This document shows positions 28,627 to 39,258 of a stretch of 64,000 nucleotides of DNA, one piece after another (position 1 is the stretch's first letter; each line of letters opens with the position of its first letter). Under the pieces are notes generated by a model, which was given only the letters and a program-made list of their open reading frames with translations, was not told the origin of the DNA and did no database searches. The translations under genes and the position numbers were made by a program. The stretch is from an uncultured bacterium (GTDB taxonomy: Bacteria; Patescibacteriota; Minisyncoccia; Phycocordibacterales; CAIZLB01), in NCBI GenBank assembly GCA_903936565.1, contig CAIZVZ010000001.1, positions 159,905 to 223,904 on the forward strand. Direction: 5' to 3'.

Positions 28627-30264
28627 CTAGTTTGCTGGATTAACCGTCGCGCTCACATTTAAGTTTAGGAAGTTGTTATCAAAACCAGTTTCGCTTCCTT
28701 GGAATATATGAATTGGCAAATACCCTGAATATGTTTTTGGCGATTTTCCATCTGCAGACAAAACAGAATCTTTAAAATGCAAATTCAAAGTGGTAGCACC
28801 ATTTACTCCACCACTTCCACCGCCCAGGATTCCATAAGTTGGGAAACCAACTCCGTAACCACGCGTACTATATCCAAATAAAGGACTTGCACCCACCGCG
28901 GTAATTGTCGTACTGAAGTTTTTATCCCCTTGCCCGTCTGTCATTGTCACATTGATACTACAAGGACTTATTGTATATGTTGTGCCATTAATAGTTAAAC
29001 TCTGTGGACATGTTGTATTTACAGTTGGAGTAGTTGGAGGCGTTACAGTTGTCGGAGGTAGAGGAGGATTTGGTGTTACCGTAGGTGGATTCTGAATTAC
29101 CGGAGTCGTTGGTGTTGTAGAGACTGGAACACCGTAAATATTACCAGTAGTTGGACCGGTAGAAACAGGAGTCTCACTTTTTGGAATGATGACTGAATTG
29201 TTATAATTCAAATCTAACTTTCCGTTTAATACTAGATTAGAATTAATAACTTGATACAATGAAGTACTATTTATAAACCTGATAGAAACTTCATGTGTTG
29301 CAAAGTTGCTGTGTTGTTTTACATTTAATGAATCAAACAACGGCACAATAGTATCACATCTATTTACCCCATCCGCCGTTGCATCAAGCGACGCTGTGAC
29401 ACCGGGTGGGCAAATTAACTTAATACCAATACTATATGGCTCCATTTTGTTATTATCATATTTTACTGTGTATGTTACTAATTCATATGTAAAGAAATGA
29501 CCAACAACTTTAGATGTGAAGCTGAGATCAGAATTGGCTGGACTAGTTGTAATACTTGAAATTAGAGTTGATATGTTTGACATTTCAGCGTTTAAGGAAG
29601 CTCTAGTCTCAGGACCCACAACCCCAGTCACACTACCAATACCCTTCGACTGTTGATATCCCGATACTGCATTTTTTGTATTTTGATCAAATGATCCATA
29701 GATTGTACCCGTTGTCATATTTAACCAACCTCTAGAAACAAGAAACATTTGCAATGCAGTAACGTCATTACCCGTAGATCCTATATCTAAAGTTCTAGAT
29801 ATAGTTGTGATGCCACCAGATGATACAGTGGGTAGCGTTGAGCCAACAGAGGGATTATTTACAGACGGTCTACCGATAATAGTTGAGGTTGTAGTTGTTG
29901 GACCGCCAACAGCTGTTTGTCCCGCACACGACTGTATCTTGATCTTCTCTCTTGTTATCGGCCCAACATAACCTGTTGCACTTATATTGTTTGCTAATTG
30001 GAACTTCTTAACAGCTGCCGTTGTCATAAGTCCAAAGTAGCCAACGGGGTTGGAATTAAGATACCCGCCAGCTTGTAAAAAATCTTGCAAAACAGATACC
30101 TCCCCATCTGTCTTTGCGTCATTCATCTTGTATCTTAGATTATTGACTATAGAAACACACGATGAATCACCTTGAGGATCAACATCGCCGCTAATCGCTG
30201 AAACAAAGTTTGGTGCTATAACCAAAGCAAGTACAGCAATTAACCCTAATAAATATTTATTCAT
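28627..30264 (-). CDS. Secreted protein with a PG-binding domain and a Pro/Thr-rich linker
   Basis: Signal peptide, then VSVLQDFLQAGGYLNSNPVGYFGLMTTAAVKKFQLANNISATGYVGPIT (PG_binding_1), then a PT-rich low-complexity linker. Confidence 0.55.
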   Translation of the reverse strand: MNKYLLGLIAVLALVIAPNFVSAISGDVDPQGDSSCVSIVNNLRYKMNDAKTDGEVSVLQDFLQAGGYLNSNPVGYFGLMTTAAVKKFQLANNISATGYVGPITREKIKIQSCAGQTAVGGPTTTTSTIIGRPSVNNPSVGSTLPTVSSGGITTISRTLDIGSTGNDVTALQMFLVSRGWLNMTTGTIYGSFDQNTKNAVSGYQQSKGIGSVTGVVGPETRASLNAEMSNISTLISSITTSPANSDLSFTSKVVGHFFTYELVTYTVKYDNNKMEPYSIGIKLICPPGVTASLDATADGVNRCDTIVPLFDSLNVKQHSNFATHEVSIRFINSTSLYQVINSNLVLNGKLDLNYNNSVIIPKSETPVSTGPTTGNIYGVPVSTTPTTPVIQNPPTVTPNPPLPPTTVTPPTTPTVNTTCPQSLTINGTTYTISPCSINVTMTDGQGDKNFSTTITAVGASPLFGYSTRGYGVGFPTYGILGGGSGGVNGATTLNLHFKDSVLSADGKSPKTYSGYLPIHIFQGSETGFDNNFLNLNVSATVNPAN

Positions 30265-30364
30265 GATAATTTTAATTTATTTTATATTTTTGTAAAAACC
30301 AATGTTACCTTACTAGTATAACATTAATATTATATCATGGGACCAGACAGTAAGATGGCAGTTG

Positions 30365-31021
30365 TTATTTAAAACCCTTCTCCGAAAGATACATCTCCAT
30401 TTGAATATCATAAGCTATCTTACCAATCACAAGTAGTATTAAAGACGGCATTGTTGAATGAGTCATTAGTGTTGGCAAAAAACCAACGAGGGCAAGTATT
30501 ACTAACGCAAAGACCCTACCAAAAGGACCGAACGTCGGATCATTCACCCGTTCATCGCCAACTGCTGTGGCGGGTAATTCATACCCCTCCTTGTATTCCC
30601 CCTCTCCAATAAATTTACTGAAAAATAAGTATATTTCGTTAATTACTAAAATTACAAAAATTGACGTATTTGTCGCAAAAATAGATGCAAAATCACTAAA
30701 TATTTTATAATCGCTCGGTAGGACAAAATTACCAATAAGATCTGGGTTCAGAAAGATATATGTAAACATATAAACTGCCGGTAGAAGAACCACAAAAGGA
30801 GCAATGAAAAGAAATAATGCGAATAACATATTCACAGGGTATCTCCTATAATAAACTATTATTTTAGGAACATTCAACATACCAGACGCCAATGTCTGAA
30901 GCCAGAAAATGAACAACATATTATATACCGACCAATCATAAAATATAACACCCAAAACTGGTATTAAATTAATTATAATTGCAATGAAAATATTTATATA
31001 TAATTTTTTACGTTTATTCAT
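30365..31021 (-). CDS. Polytopic membrane protein (hypothetical)
   Basis: 218 aa with 5-6 TM helices. Confidence 0.35.
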   Translation of the reverse strand: MNKRKKLYINIFIAIIINLIPVLGVIFYDWSVYNMLFIFWLQTLASGMLNVPKIIVYYRRYPVNMLFALFLFIAPFVVLLPAVYMFTYIFLNPDLIGNFVLPSDYKIFSDFASIFATNTSIFVILVINEIYLFFSKFIGEGEYKEGYELPATAVGDERVNDPTFGPFGRVFALVILALVGFLPTLMTHSTMPSLILLVIGKIAYDIQMEMYLSEKGFK

Positions 31022-31027
31022 ACATGC

Positions 31028-31384
31028 TTATTTTCCAGGAATAAACTCCATAGAAATTGAATTTACGCAGTAGCGAGCGTTTTTTGGAGTCAATCGTTCA
31101 CCTACAAACAAGTGCCCCAAGTGCCCACTACAATTTGCGCATGTAATTTCTGTTCTCTCACCATCGGCGTCAAGATGTTTATGAACCGCACCAGCTATCT
31201 CGTCATCAAAACTTGGCCAACCACAATCAGATTCAAATTTGTCTTTTGAATTGTATAAAGGTGCACCACATTGGCGACAAATATAAATACCCGTTTCTTT
31301 ACTGTTTACATATTTACCAACAAAAGGTGCTTCGGTGCCTTTGTCGATAATTACTCTTTTTTCTTCTGGTGTCAGTTCTGTCAT
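31028..31384 (-). CDS. msrB: Peptide-methionine (R)-S-oxide reductase MsrB
   Basis: CRQCGAPL ... CGWPSF ... [12 protein letters not shown] is the MsrB signature with two CxxC zinc sites. Confidence 0.85.
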   Translation of the reverse strand: MTELTPEEKRVIIDKGTEAPFVGKYVNSKETGIYICRQCGAPLYNSKDKFESDCGWPSFDDEIAGAVHKHLDADGERTEITCANCSGHLGHLFVGERLTPKNARYCVNSISMEFIPGK

Positions 31385-31442
31385 TTTTTAATTATACCAA
31401 AAAACACGAATACAAACACTCTAATTTATAAGAGAAATTATA

Positions 31443-33614
31443 TTAGTTCGCTTTGATTGTAAACACATCGTCACTCGCGTCATAAGTGCTATGATCCGCA
31501 CTATCAACACCTATCTTATATTGTCCAGCAGGTATACTTGATGGAATAGTCCAGCTAAAACTACCTGAGCCGTCTGCACCAACGTAATTAATACCACTTC
31601 CACCACTATATATTACATACTGTTTCAAATAATCGGCTGAACCTACTGTACGATTAGTCAATATAATATTATCAACATTTTGTCCCATGTTAGTTGCTGT
31701 CCATCTTATTGTATTCGTTGATCCAACTTGCAATGTCTCTCCACCATTTGGAGACTGAACGGTTAATGTAGGAATAATATTTTGAGGAATAATTCTAAAT
31801 GGATTACTTTGAGTATACATGTCAGCTGTACTCATATATACAACGTAATCAGAACCAGATGGAGCTGTAGCTGGAATAGTCCAATTAAAACTACCTGTGT
31901 TACCAACTGTTTTTGATAATAACGCACGAGTTGAACCAAGTGAAGTTGCGTAGACTGCTAGACCAAGACTGTCATTGGATGTGTTTATTCCTGTAGCATT
32001 CCACTTAATGGTAATCGGAGTTCCCGCTTGATATATCCCACCGTTAGGTTCAGTAATATTGACCGTGGCTTTGTTGGATGCTGCCTTTATCGTAAAATAA
32101 CTATTACCAAATGCGAATAGGCCAACATTAGACACACCGGCCGACACACTTGTTGGAACTATGTATATAACATAATTTCCTGCGGACATTGTCGAAGGTA
32201 TTGTCCAATTAAATGTTGTATTAGCAGACCAATTCATAGCAATATTTTGCACACCTGAACCATAACTTCCAACATTTGTTGAATTTCCACCGTAATAGGC
32301 AAATATATTAAATCCGTTTGGCGCTTGTTGTGTGGTTAGATTTGTAGAAAATGATATCGGAACAGTTTGCCCATGAGTGTATTGCTCACCGCCGTTTGGT
32401 GAAATAACTTTTACATAAGGCTGGCCACTCGAAGGTAAGACCTGAACAGAACACATTGATCCAATCAGTGTCTGTCCGGCAGGACAAGTAGATACTGGTG
32501 AATAGGGATTCACAGTGGGCACAGTATTATTTACTATAGTAAATGTAGAATCGCTATTGTCTGCCTGCGCACTTCCGTATGTAGCGGGCGCATCAGCGTA
32601 AACCGTAACGTCAACCTTGTAATTACTTCCAGTCACAATATCTTCTGGTATTTTAACTGTAGCAGAACCAGAGTTAGTTAAGTTATCAAAAGTAGCTTTA
32701 ACTACATTACTCTGACCTGGAATACTCTCTTCTAAATAAATCTTTACTCTACTTGATGGCGAATAATTAAAACTACCACTTTCGGTTTTCCAAGTTATTA
32801 ACATAGATTGGCCGGCAATAAACGATCCTCCACCATTTGGACTAAGAACATAAACTTGAGACCATGTCTGTGATCCATTACTAGTTGGTGGTATTTGAAC
32901 ATTAACCTTCGAGGTTCCCAAGACACCTTTATTACTATCGAAACCAGTTAGAGTAAGGTTAACTGTTTGTCTAGATCCGCTATAGTTTTTAAACCAGAAT
33001 GCTTTATTAAGTACATTTCCATTATTGTTACCATTTGTTCCCATTTGGTATGATTCATTACATGAAGCTCCAGGAACTGTGTTTACATCTACCTTTAGAG
33101 GACATTTAACATAAAGATCCCATGAAGAAACTGGTTTCGATAAAGTTCCACCATTAAACGACAGGTTTACTTGATAAGTTCCAGCGACAGTACTACTAAG
33201 ACTTGTATCCTTTGTAAGAGTTATTAGACTAGTACCTGAAGGTGTAGATGAACCAACACTTATATAGGGTAGGTCAGAACATATTTGGCTTTTAATTTTT
33301 TCTCTAGTTATCGGACCAACATATCCAGTACTCAATATATTATTTGCTAATTGAAACTTTTTGACAGCAGCTTGAGTCATTAAACCAAAATATCCTGTTG
33401 GTTCAGACTTTAAAAATCCATTCATCTGTAAAAAATCTTGAAGGGTTGAAACATCCCCATCTGTTAGAGAATCCTTCATTCTATAAGATAGGTTGTGTGT
33501 GATTGAGGCACAAGAGGTGCTAGTATTTGGGTCTATATCCCCTGGTACTTGTGCAAAAGAAACTGCAGGAAGTAGCGTAAGGACCAAAGCCGATGTAAAT
33601 AAAAATCTGTTCAT
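31443..33614 (-). CDS. Large secreted protein (723 aa) with an N-terminal PG-binding domain and repeated Ig/FN3-like S/T/N-rich modules
   Basis: Signal peptide plus the same PG-binding domain as 28627 (DVSTLQDFLQMNGFLKSEPTGYFGLMTQAAVKKFQLANNILSTGYVGPITREKI). Confidence 0.55.
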   Translation of the reverse strand: MNRFLFTSALVLTLLPAVSFAQVPGDIDPNTSTSCASITHNLSYRMKDSLTDGDVSTLQDFLQMNGFLKSEPTGYFGLMTQAAVKKFQLANNILSTGYVGPITREKIKSQICSDLPYISVGSSTPSGTSLITLTKDTSLSSTVAGTYQVNLSFNGGTLSKPVSSWDLYVKCPLKVDVNTVPGASCNESYQMGTNGNNNGNVLNKAFWFKNYSGSRQTVNLTLTGFDSNKGVLGTSKVNVQIPPTSNGSQTWSQVYVLSPNGGGSFIAGQSMLITWKTESGSFNYSPSSRVKIYLEESIPGQSNVVKATFDNLTNSGSATVKIPEDIVTGSNYKVDVTVYADAPATYGSAQADNSDSTFTIVNNTVPTVNPYSPVSTCPAGQTLIGSMCSVQVLPSSGQPYVKVISPNGGEQYTHGQTVPISFSTNLTTQQAPNGFNIFAYYGGNSTNVGSYGSGVQNIAMNWSANTTFNWTIPSTMSAGNYVIYIVPTSVSAGVSNVGLFAFGNSYFTIKAASNKATVNITEPNGGIYQAGTPITIKWNATGINTSNDSLGLAVYATSLGSTRALLSKTVGNTGSFNWTIPATAPSGSDYVVYMSTADMYTQSNPFRIIPQNIIPTLTVQSPNGGETLQVGSTNTIRWTATNMGQNVDNIILTNRTVGSADYLKQYVIYSGGSGINYVGADGSGSFSWTIPSSIPAGQYKIGVDSADHSTYDASDDVFTIKAN

Positions 33615-33697
33615 ATTGTTATATATACTGTTAGACTAATATGAGCAGTATAGCAGATTTGGAAGGATAATTACAGCTACATGTTACTCCTGAACAA

Positions 33698-34843
33698 TTA
33701 CTTCCCTAACACACTCCACAGACTTGGATCACTCACTCCATCAACCTTATAAACTGCGACCCCCTTTAATTTGTAAGCCTTTGCAATCTTTATCTTATCA
33801 GCAACAGACACAGCGTCGCTTATGGTCACCATCCTAGTTGAAGTACCTTTTGAATAAATAAATCCGAGCTCCCCTGCCGAGTTTCTAGACATTATGCTAT
33901 TTGTTGATGAAGCCAAAGCTACCGCATCAGCAAAAGTTAAACTACCAATTCTATTGTAGGTAAAGGATGAGTCTACTGCAGAACTCTTTCTTGTTATTTC
34001 ATACTGTCTACCGTAAGTGGCAACAGCCAGAGAAATTTTACTTGGAGAAATTGTTTTTATAGTTTCGTTCAAAACTTTTCTAACCCAACTTGAATCTGAT
34101 ACCGGCATATAAGGCTGACCCCTACCGCTCAACTTATTCAATTGCAAATCAATATTTTCCTGATCGTATGCTAGTACCCTAACTTCATCGCAATATTTAT
34201 TTATCATTTTATAATCGTTAGCATACTCCATTTTCTTTGGAGGATTTACAAATCTTGCACCAACTGGAGTTCTAGCCTCTATTGTGCAAACAAGAATCTT
34301 TTTTGAAGAGTGAAGCTGTGTGGCAAGTTTTTTGAGAAAATCTGAGAAATACGGGGCTGTCTCTGCCAACTTACTTTCATAATCAATATCAAGACCATCG
34401 ACAGTGTTTGTTCCTGTTGCATTCGCAATCTTCATTAATTGATCAATGTGAAATTGCTTAGTTGTTGTTCCAGATAGAACTGTATGTATTGAATCTTCAT
34501 CAAACCACGCAATTGTTGGAATTATTTTTACTTCCTTTGATTTTGCCATAGCATAAAGGTCTGGCCACGGAGCCTGTGTTGATTTTATCTGATCCGTGAT
34601 TGTTCCATCATCTTTGACTTCGTATGAAAATGGGCTAAGTTCTTGAAATTGTGAAATATGAGCTATAGCATCCTGCACACCTAGAGTCTTGGACCAATAT
34701 GGAATCCAAGCAGAATATACAAGTGTAGTTTTTGAGGCGACTGTTTTAGACGCCGAGGCTGTAGCCGTCGCCGCAGAGGAAATCGTCGGTAGAATAAACA
34801 CGATGAGCAAAAGTGAAAATGCTATTTTTTTAAATGATTTCAT
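33698..34843 (-). CDS. Glycoside hydrolase family 18 (chitinase-like) secreted protein
   Basis: Signal peptide and the catalytic DxxDxDxE motif DGLDIDYE. Confidence 0.65.
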   Translation of the reverse strand: MKSFKKIAFSLLLIVFILPTISSAATATASASKTVASKTTLVYSAWIPYWSKTLGVQDAIAHISQFQELSPFSYEVKDDGTITDQIKSTQAPWPDLYAMAKSKEVKIIPTIAWFDEDSIHTVLSGTTTKQFHIDQLMKIANATGTNTVDGLDIDYESKLAETAPYFSDFLKKLATQLHSSKKILVCTIEARTPVGARFVNPPKKMEYANDYKMINKYCDEVRVLAYDQENIDLQLNKLSGRGQPYMPVSDSSWVRKVLNETIKTISPSKISLAVATYGRQYEITRKSSAVDSSFTYNRIGSLTFADAVALASSTNSIMSRNSAGELGFIYSKGTSTRMVTISDAVSVADKIKIAKAYKLKGVAVYKVDGVSDPSLWSVLGK

Positions 34844-34918
34844 ATAGTATTATCCTATCACAAAATCGAGATGGTGACCCAAGTTCAGTTTATGCTCTCA
34901 GGTCTGAAATATTATTTT

Positions 34919-36598
34919 CTAATTTTGAATCTCTTTTAATAGCCTCGAAATATCCAAAAGCGAGACCCCTAGCCAATCCTTATGCGATTCCATTTCTTCG
35001 GAGAACGAAATTGTTTTAACTATTGGTTCAAGAAGGGTAGAATATTTGGAGTCAACCACTTCTATTTTGACAAAATCATCTATAACACCACCAGAACCTC
35101 CACTACTAACTGGACCGTATGGTAATAAATATGATTTACCGCCATTGATTTTAAACATAGGAATCAAGGAATATGTCATAGTTTCATCTGGTTTTATCAC
35201 CACAGCACTACTCATCATCTTTTCCCTATTTGTATTATATGAATATTTATTTAGTATATCTTTCTTGATCTCATATAAATAATAAATATCCCCGTTTTTA
35301 AACTTACCCATTAAGTCATCATCCTGTATTTTGAAGACAAACTTAATTACTAATTTTCCAGCCTCATTATGTAAATTTAGAGTTCGAGTAGACGCATCTT
35401 GCTTAATTGTCCAAACCTTAGGAATATATACAGAAAATCCATCACCAGGTGAATACCTAATTACTGAATTCATGGCGTCACTTAGACTATCTGTGCTTGA
35501 GCTATTGGAATTGAAGCTGGATTCGGATTTAACAAATACCTCCTGCGGAACAACATCTAACATACTCCAGAAATCTCCGCCTATTTGATAATCGCCATTT
35601 CTAAAAGGTTGAATTTTAATACTAGATTTTACACTTGCGCTATTTTTAGAATCAATGAATTTCACATTCAAAACGCTTGCAGAAGAAGCAATGATACTTT
35701 CCTTGTTGCACACATCAACTTCTTTAGAATTTATAAAAGCTTGAGTGTTCCTTTTTTCATTTTCACATTCAATGTTTACTTTGTAATAAGAAACTTTTTT
35801 GGAAGGGTCGTTAAGATATACATTAACCTCGCCATCACTCACAATAACCCGACCTTCACCATTCATGTTTTTCTTATCAACCACGTAATACATATCAGGA
35901 TATTCTGGTATTTTTGCGACCTTATTAATTAATTTAAGAGAAGTTGCTACTTTCTCTAACGTACCATATTCAATAGCATAAGATATTGAATACAATCTAT
36001 CTCCATCCAGGTGATACATTATTTTTCTATCGATATTTTCAATTGATCCATCTTTATGACTAACTACAAGCCAATTAGTACAATTGTAACTCAGTGTTTC
36101 TGATGAAATATAAAGTTTACCAAAATATTTTCTGGCATAGTCAACAGGATTTGTACCTGGATCCACTTCGACAGAAGAGAACATCAATTGTTCATTGCTA
36201 TTTTTTTTAGCCACCTGAACAGTCGGCCCGTATTCCGATATCCAATATCCGTCTGAAGGAAATTTAAATTCAAATCCGTAATTAGGATTAGAATATGTTT
36301 TCCAGCCAGTTAGATCGTAAGTAGAAGTTGCGTTGCAAGCTATTTTAACTGGTGGTTTGTTTATAAAGTAAAAAATTAAGAGGCCCACTATTAGTATAAA
36401 AATTATACTAATAGTACCGACCATGATCTGCTTTTTTGAGTTCTCCACCTTTACCACACCATTATCTTGAACAGGCAACAAATGCCCTGGTTGAATTGGA
36501 TCTAAGATTTGGTCATCTGGCATGCTGGCATCAGATGAGACAATCTCTAGTGATGGATTAACATTGTGATCTTCTACCGTGCTATCTTCAGAATTCAT
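34919..36598 (-). CDS. Membrane-anchored extracellular protein (hypothetical)
   Basis: 559 aa with a single N-terminal TM (IMVGTISIIFILIVGLLIFYFI). No domain recognised. Confidence 0.35.
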   Translation of the reverse strand: MNSEDSTVEDHNVNPSLEIVSSDASMPDDQILDPIQPGHLLPVQDNGVVKVENSKKQIMVGTISIIFILIVGLLIFYFINKPPVKIACNATSTYDLTGWKTYSNPNYGFEFKFPSDGYWISEYGPTVQVAKKNSNEQLMFSSVEVDPGTNPVDYARKYFGKLYISSETLSYNCTNWLVVSHKDGSIENIDRKIMYHLDGDRLYSISYAIEYGTLEKVATSLKLINKVAKIPEYPDMYYVVDKKNMNGEGRVIVSDGEVNVYLNDPSKKVSYYKVNIECENEKRNTQAFINSKEVDVCNKESIIASSASVLNVKFIDSKNSASVKSSIKIQPFRNGDYQIGGDFWSMLDVVPQEVFVKSESSFNSNSSSTDSLSDAMNSVIRYSPGDGFSVYIPKVWTIKQDASTRTLNLHNEAGKLVIKFVFKIQDDDLMGKFKNGDIYYLYEIKKDILNKYSYNTNREKMMSSAVVIKPDETMTYSLIPMFKINGGKSYLLPYGPVSSGGSGGVIDDFVKIEVVDSKYSTLLEPIVKTISFSEEMESHKDWLGVSLLDISRLLKEIQN

Positions 36599-36703
36599 TT
36601 TTTATATAATTAGATTTAATATAAAAATTATACCACCCTTCTGGGATATTACTAAATCATAAATTAAGTTTAAATCCAGAAATTCTAGTAAATTATTATG
36701 AAA

Positions 36704-37975
36704 TCATAAAAACAAAAGATTCTTATCCAAATCTTCAGAATCGGTTCCGCCCTTATCAGCCTTGTGATCAATCGCGCTCTTGGTTGATCCAAGGTAAATA
36801 ACAATTTTACCAAACTTCTCTTCCAATGTATCGATTTGTTTATGTATTATTTCAAACTTAGATGCCCGAGTATTACTTCCAAACAAATCGTCCTGTGGAA
36901 CAAAGTCCGTCATCAAGTCTAGTAGCGTCACACCAGTTGTTCTATACAACACTCCCCTTTTATGAATATTTTCAAACTGAACATGAGCTAGCGAAAGCAA
37001 AATCTCTGGCGAGTTTGATGGTGAAGGTAATAAAATTAAAGCCGTTACAAATTCAAAATCCTTGGTTTTGAGAAAGATGGAGAACTTTTTTGGAACCAAA
37101 TTGAAATGCCTTGCCTTTCTGCAAGAGTCCTCAATATGCTTTGAAAGCTGTGACCATAAAAAAGTTTTATCATTTGTCGACGGGTGAAATGAACGAGTTT
37201 TCTGAATTGATGAATAGACAGTCTTCGATGCAGAGTCTATCTCCATAATAGAAACACCGTGAAGTTCCTGCCAGATTGTCTCGTAAGGTTTTGACAGAAT
37301 GAGCTTAATCCACGCAATATCTTTATCGTAAAAATCTTTTGCTGTCGTTATACCTTTCCTATTCAATTGCTCTGCTGTTCTTGGACCTATACCCCAGATT
37401 TTTTTTATGGGAACTTTTTGCAAAAAATCTGCAGCTGTTTTGTTTTCAATCACAGTTAAACCATTTGGCTTGACCCAATTCGATGCCACCTTTGCCAAAA
37501 CTTTTGTTGAAGCAAGACCAATTGAAACAGAAAGATTTAATTCTTCATTAACCTCCCTTTTAATTCTCTCCGCAATTTGCAGGTAAGACATACCGAGTGG
37601 TTTATCGAGACCAGTTAATTCACCAAAACACTCATCAATACTATACTCCTCCACATCATCAACGTATCTCCTAACTATATCAAACATTTTTGTAGAATAT
37701 TCCACGTATGCTCGATAATCTCCCGGAAGGATTACTACCATAGGAAATTCTCGCTTTACCCTAAATATCGGCATACCTCTAATTATCCCAAGTGCCTTAG
37801 CTTCATATGAAAGCGCAGAGACAATTCCACGTTCCTGCCCGGTAACAACAGGTAGCCCGCGAAGCTTTGGATTCTTTGCAATCTCCACACCAACAAAAAA
37901 CGCATCTCCATCTATATGAAGGATGACCTTTTCTCTTTTGACGATGGTACTAGTGTTGGATTCAGATGGACTCAC
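36704..37975 (-). CDS. dinB: Y-family DNA polymerase (DinB/Pol IV-like)
   Basis: ILHIDGDAFFVGVE matches the DxDxFFxxVE catalytic motif, and the palm/fingers layout is that of UmuC/DinB. Confidence 0.7.
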   Translation of the reverse strand: MSPSESNTSTIVKREKVILHIDGDAFFVGVEIAKNPKLRGLPVVTGQERGIVSALSYEAKALGIIRGMPIFRVKREFPMVVILPGDYRAYVEYSTKMFDIVRRYVDDVEEYSIDECFGELTGLDKPLGMSYLQIAERIKREVNEELNLSVSIGLASTKVLAKVASNWVKPNGLTVIENKTAADFLQKVPIKKIWGIGPRTAEQLNRKGITTAKDFYDKDIAWIKLILSKPYETIWQELHGVSIMEIDSASKTVYSSIQKTRSFHPSTNDKTFLWSQLSKHIEDSCRKARHFNLVPKKFSIFLKTKDFEFVTALILLPSPSNSPEILLSLAHVQFENIHKRGVLYRTTGVTLLDLMTDFVPQDDLFGSNTRASKFEIIHKQIDTLEEKFGKIVIYLGSTKSAIDHKADKGGTDSEDLDKNLLFL

Positions 37976-38017
37976 CTGATTATTCTAGCATGCCTTTAGG
38001 CTATTTATTTCTAGACA

Positions 38018-38054
38018 AAAGAATAGCCACCACATCCGCTGGACGTGGTGGCAC
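38018..38054 (-). terminator. Intrinsic terminator of the 38101-38871 gene
   Basis: 8-bp stem gccaccac/gtggtggc followed on the minus strand by a U-run. Confidence 0.5.
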
Positions 38055-38100
38055 TTGAAACTTTTTTACCCCTAGGTGTTTCTAACCCTTAATCACTTCC

Positions 38101-38871
38101 CTATGCGGCGGCAGTTGGCAGATAGACCGAGCGCATGGCTCTATATTCTGAATCGGCGAATCTGACCTCCTGATCCTCCGTTGTTTTGGAGTATCCGAGG
38201 CTCTTGGTTGGAACGATGTTCGGATCCCGAACCGCTACGACACGATAGAAGTCGTAGAGAGTTTCGTTTCGATTAAACGTCCCGCCGACACGGCGTTTTT
38301 TGGGCCCACTCCTGACGACGGGGCAGTCAATCATCCAAAAATACCGATCCCCCTCGTTACACCCGACACCTGCAATCGGGAACTTGGTCTGCAGATTGGG
38401 TTTCTGAGCGCTGAGAGCCAGGATTTCTTCGACCAAAACTGGCCGATATCCATATGCTGTCAGCTCTGCAAGAACCTCTTTGTGAGACATCTGACGACCC
38501 TTACCGAAGTGAAAGATGGTCAGGTTCACGTCCTCTTCATGGGCGCCCGTGAATGAGCGATCAGGGATGGACTCGGCAGGTTGTGTTTCGCAACCAGTCA
38601 AAGCCGCAGACTGCCGCAGGGTGAGCTGGCGATTCAGCCTTACCGTCACACTGAAGTGAGTAGGTTCGGGCCATTTTTCCAATCCGAGCGCTGGTCTGAC
38701 ATCACCCCGCACAAGATACCCGCGCCTGCGGATACTCTCGACGAGATCCGTCAGGATTCCAGACTCTAGGATTTGCTGCCATTCTCCCCGGGTAACACCC
38801 AGTGGGGCGAGCACATTTTGGTAGAGATGCTCGAGTTGTTCTTCTGTCAGTTGATTATTATTCGTTTTCAT
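38101..38871 (-). CDS. Hypothetical protein (GC-rich)
   Basis: 256-aa ORF whose composition differs clearly from the flanking genes. No recognisable domain. Confidence 0.35.
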   Translation of the reverse strand: MKTNNNQLTEEQLEHLYQNVLAPLGVTRGEWQQILESGILTDLVESIRRRGYLVRGDVRPALGLEKWPEPTHFSVTVRLNRQLTLRQSAALTGCETQPAESIPDRSFTGAHEEDVNLTIFHFGKGRQMSHKEVLAELTAYGYRPVLVEEILALSAQKPNLQTKFPIAGVGCNEGDRYFWMIDCPVVRSGPKKRRVGGTFNRNETLYDFYRVVAVRDPNIVPTKSLGYSKTTEDQEVRFADSEYRAMRSVYLPTAAA

Positions 38872-39133
38872 TGCTAACTTTCCGTATTATTGGAGGTTTG
38901 TGTTTTGTTGCAAAGTTTAGCCACATAGGTTTTTCACCGCAACATAAAATTGACAAGACATACTTATCATCTATATGTTGCAGTGAAGGGTAATTTCAAA
39001 AAACTAGGCTGGTATCATAGTATCACATATATACATTTATGTCAATACAGTCATAAATAAACCCATTTTGTAATAATTTTGAAACTGGTTAGATCAGGCA
39101 GATACCGGAAGAACGCTATCCAAATAGGTTTAT

Positions 39134-39240
39134 TTACATATTGATTGAACTTTTATTTTTTACAATCTTGTACATAACTACTATTGGTAAAATATACAAG
39201 ACAGCGATTACAACATAACCCCCAACGGCAATATTGTCAT
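39134..39240 (-). pseudogene. Gene fragment: C-terminal ~35 codons of a paralog of the membrane-protein gene 49560-49970
   Basis: Minus-strand translation DNIAVGGYVVIAVLYILPIVVMYKIVKNKSSINM* aligns with the C-terminus GDVSIGGPVLIALLYILPIVVMYRIIKNKDRSVGK of the 136-aa protein. No N-terminal part is present, and it ends just after the stop of the Fur-family gene. Confidence 0.45.
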
Positions 39241-39258
39241 TGAAGATAGATTTAAGAC

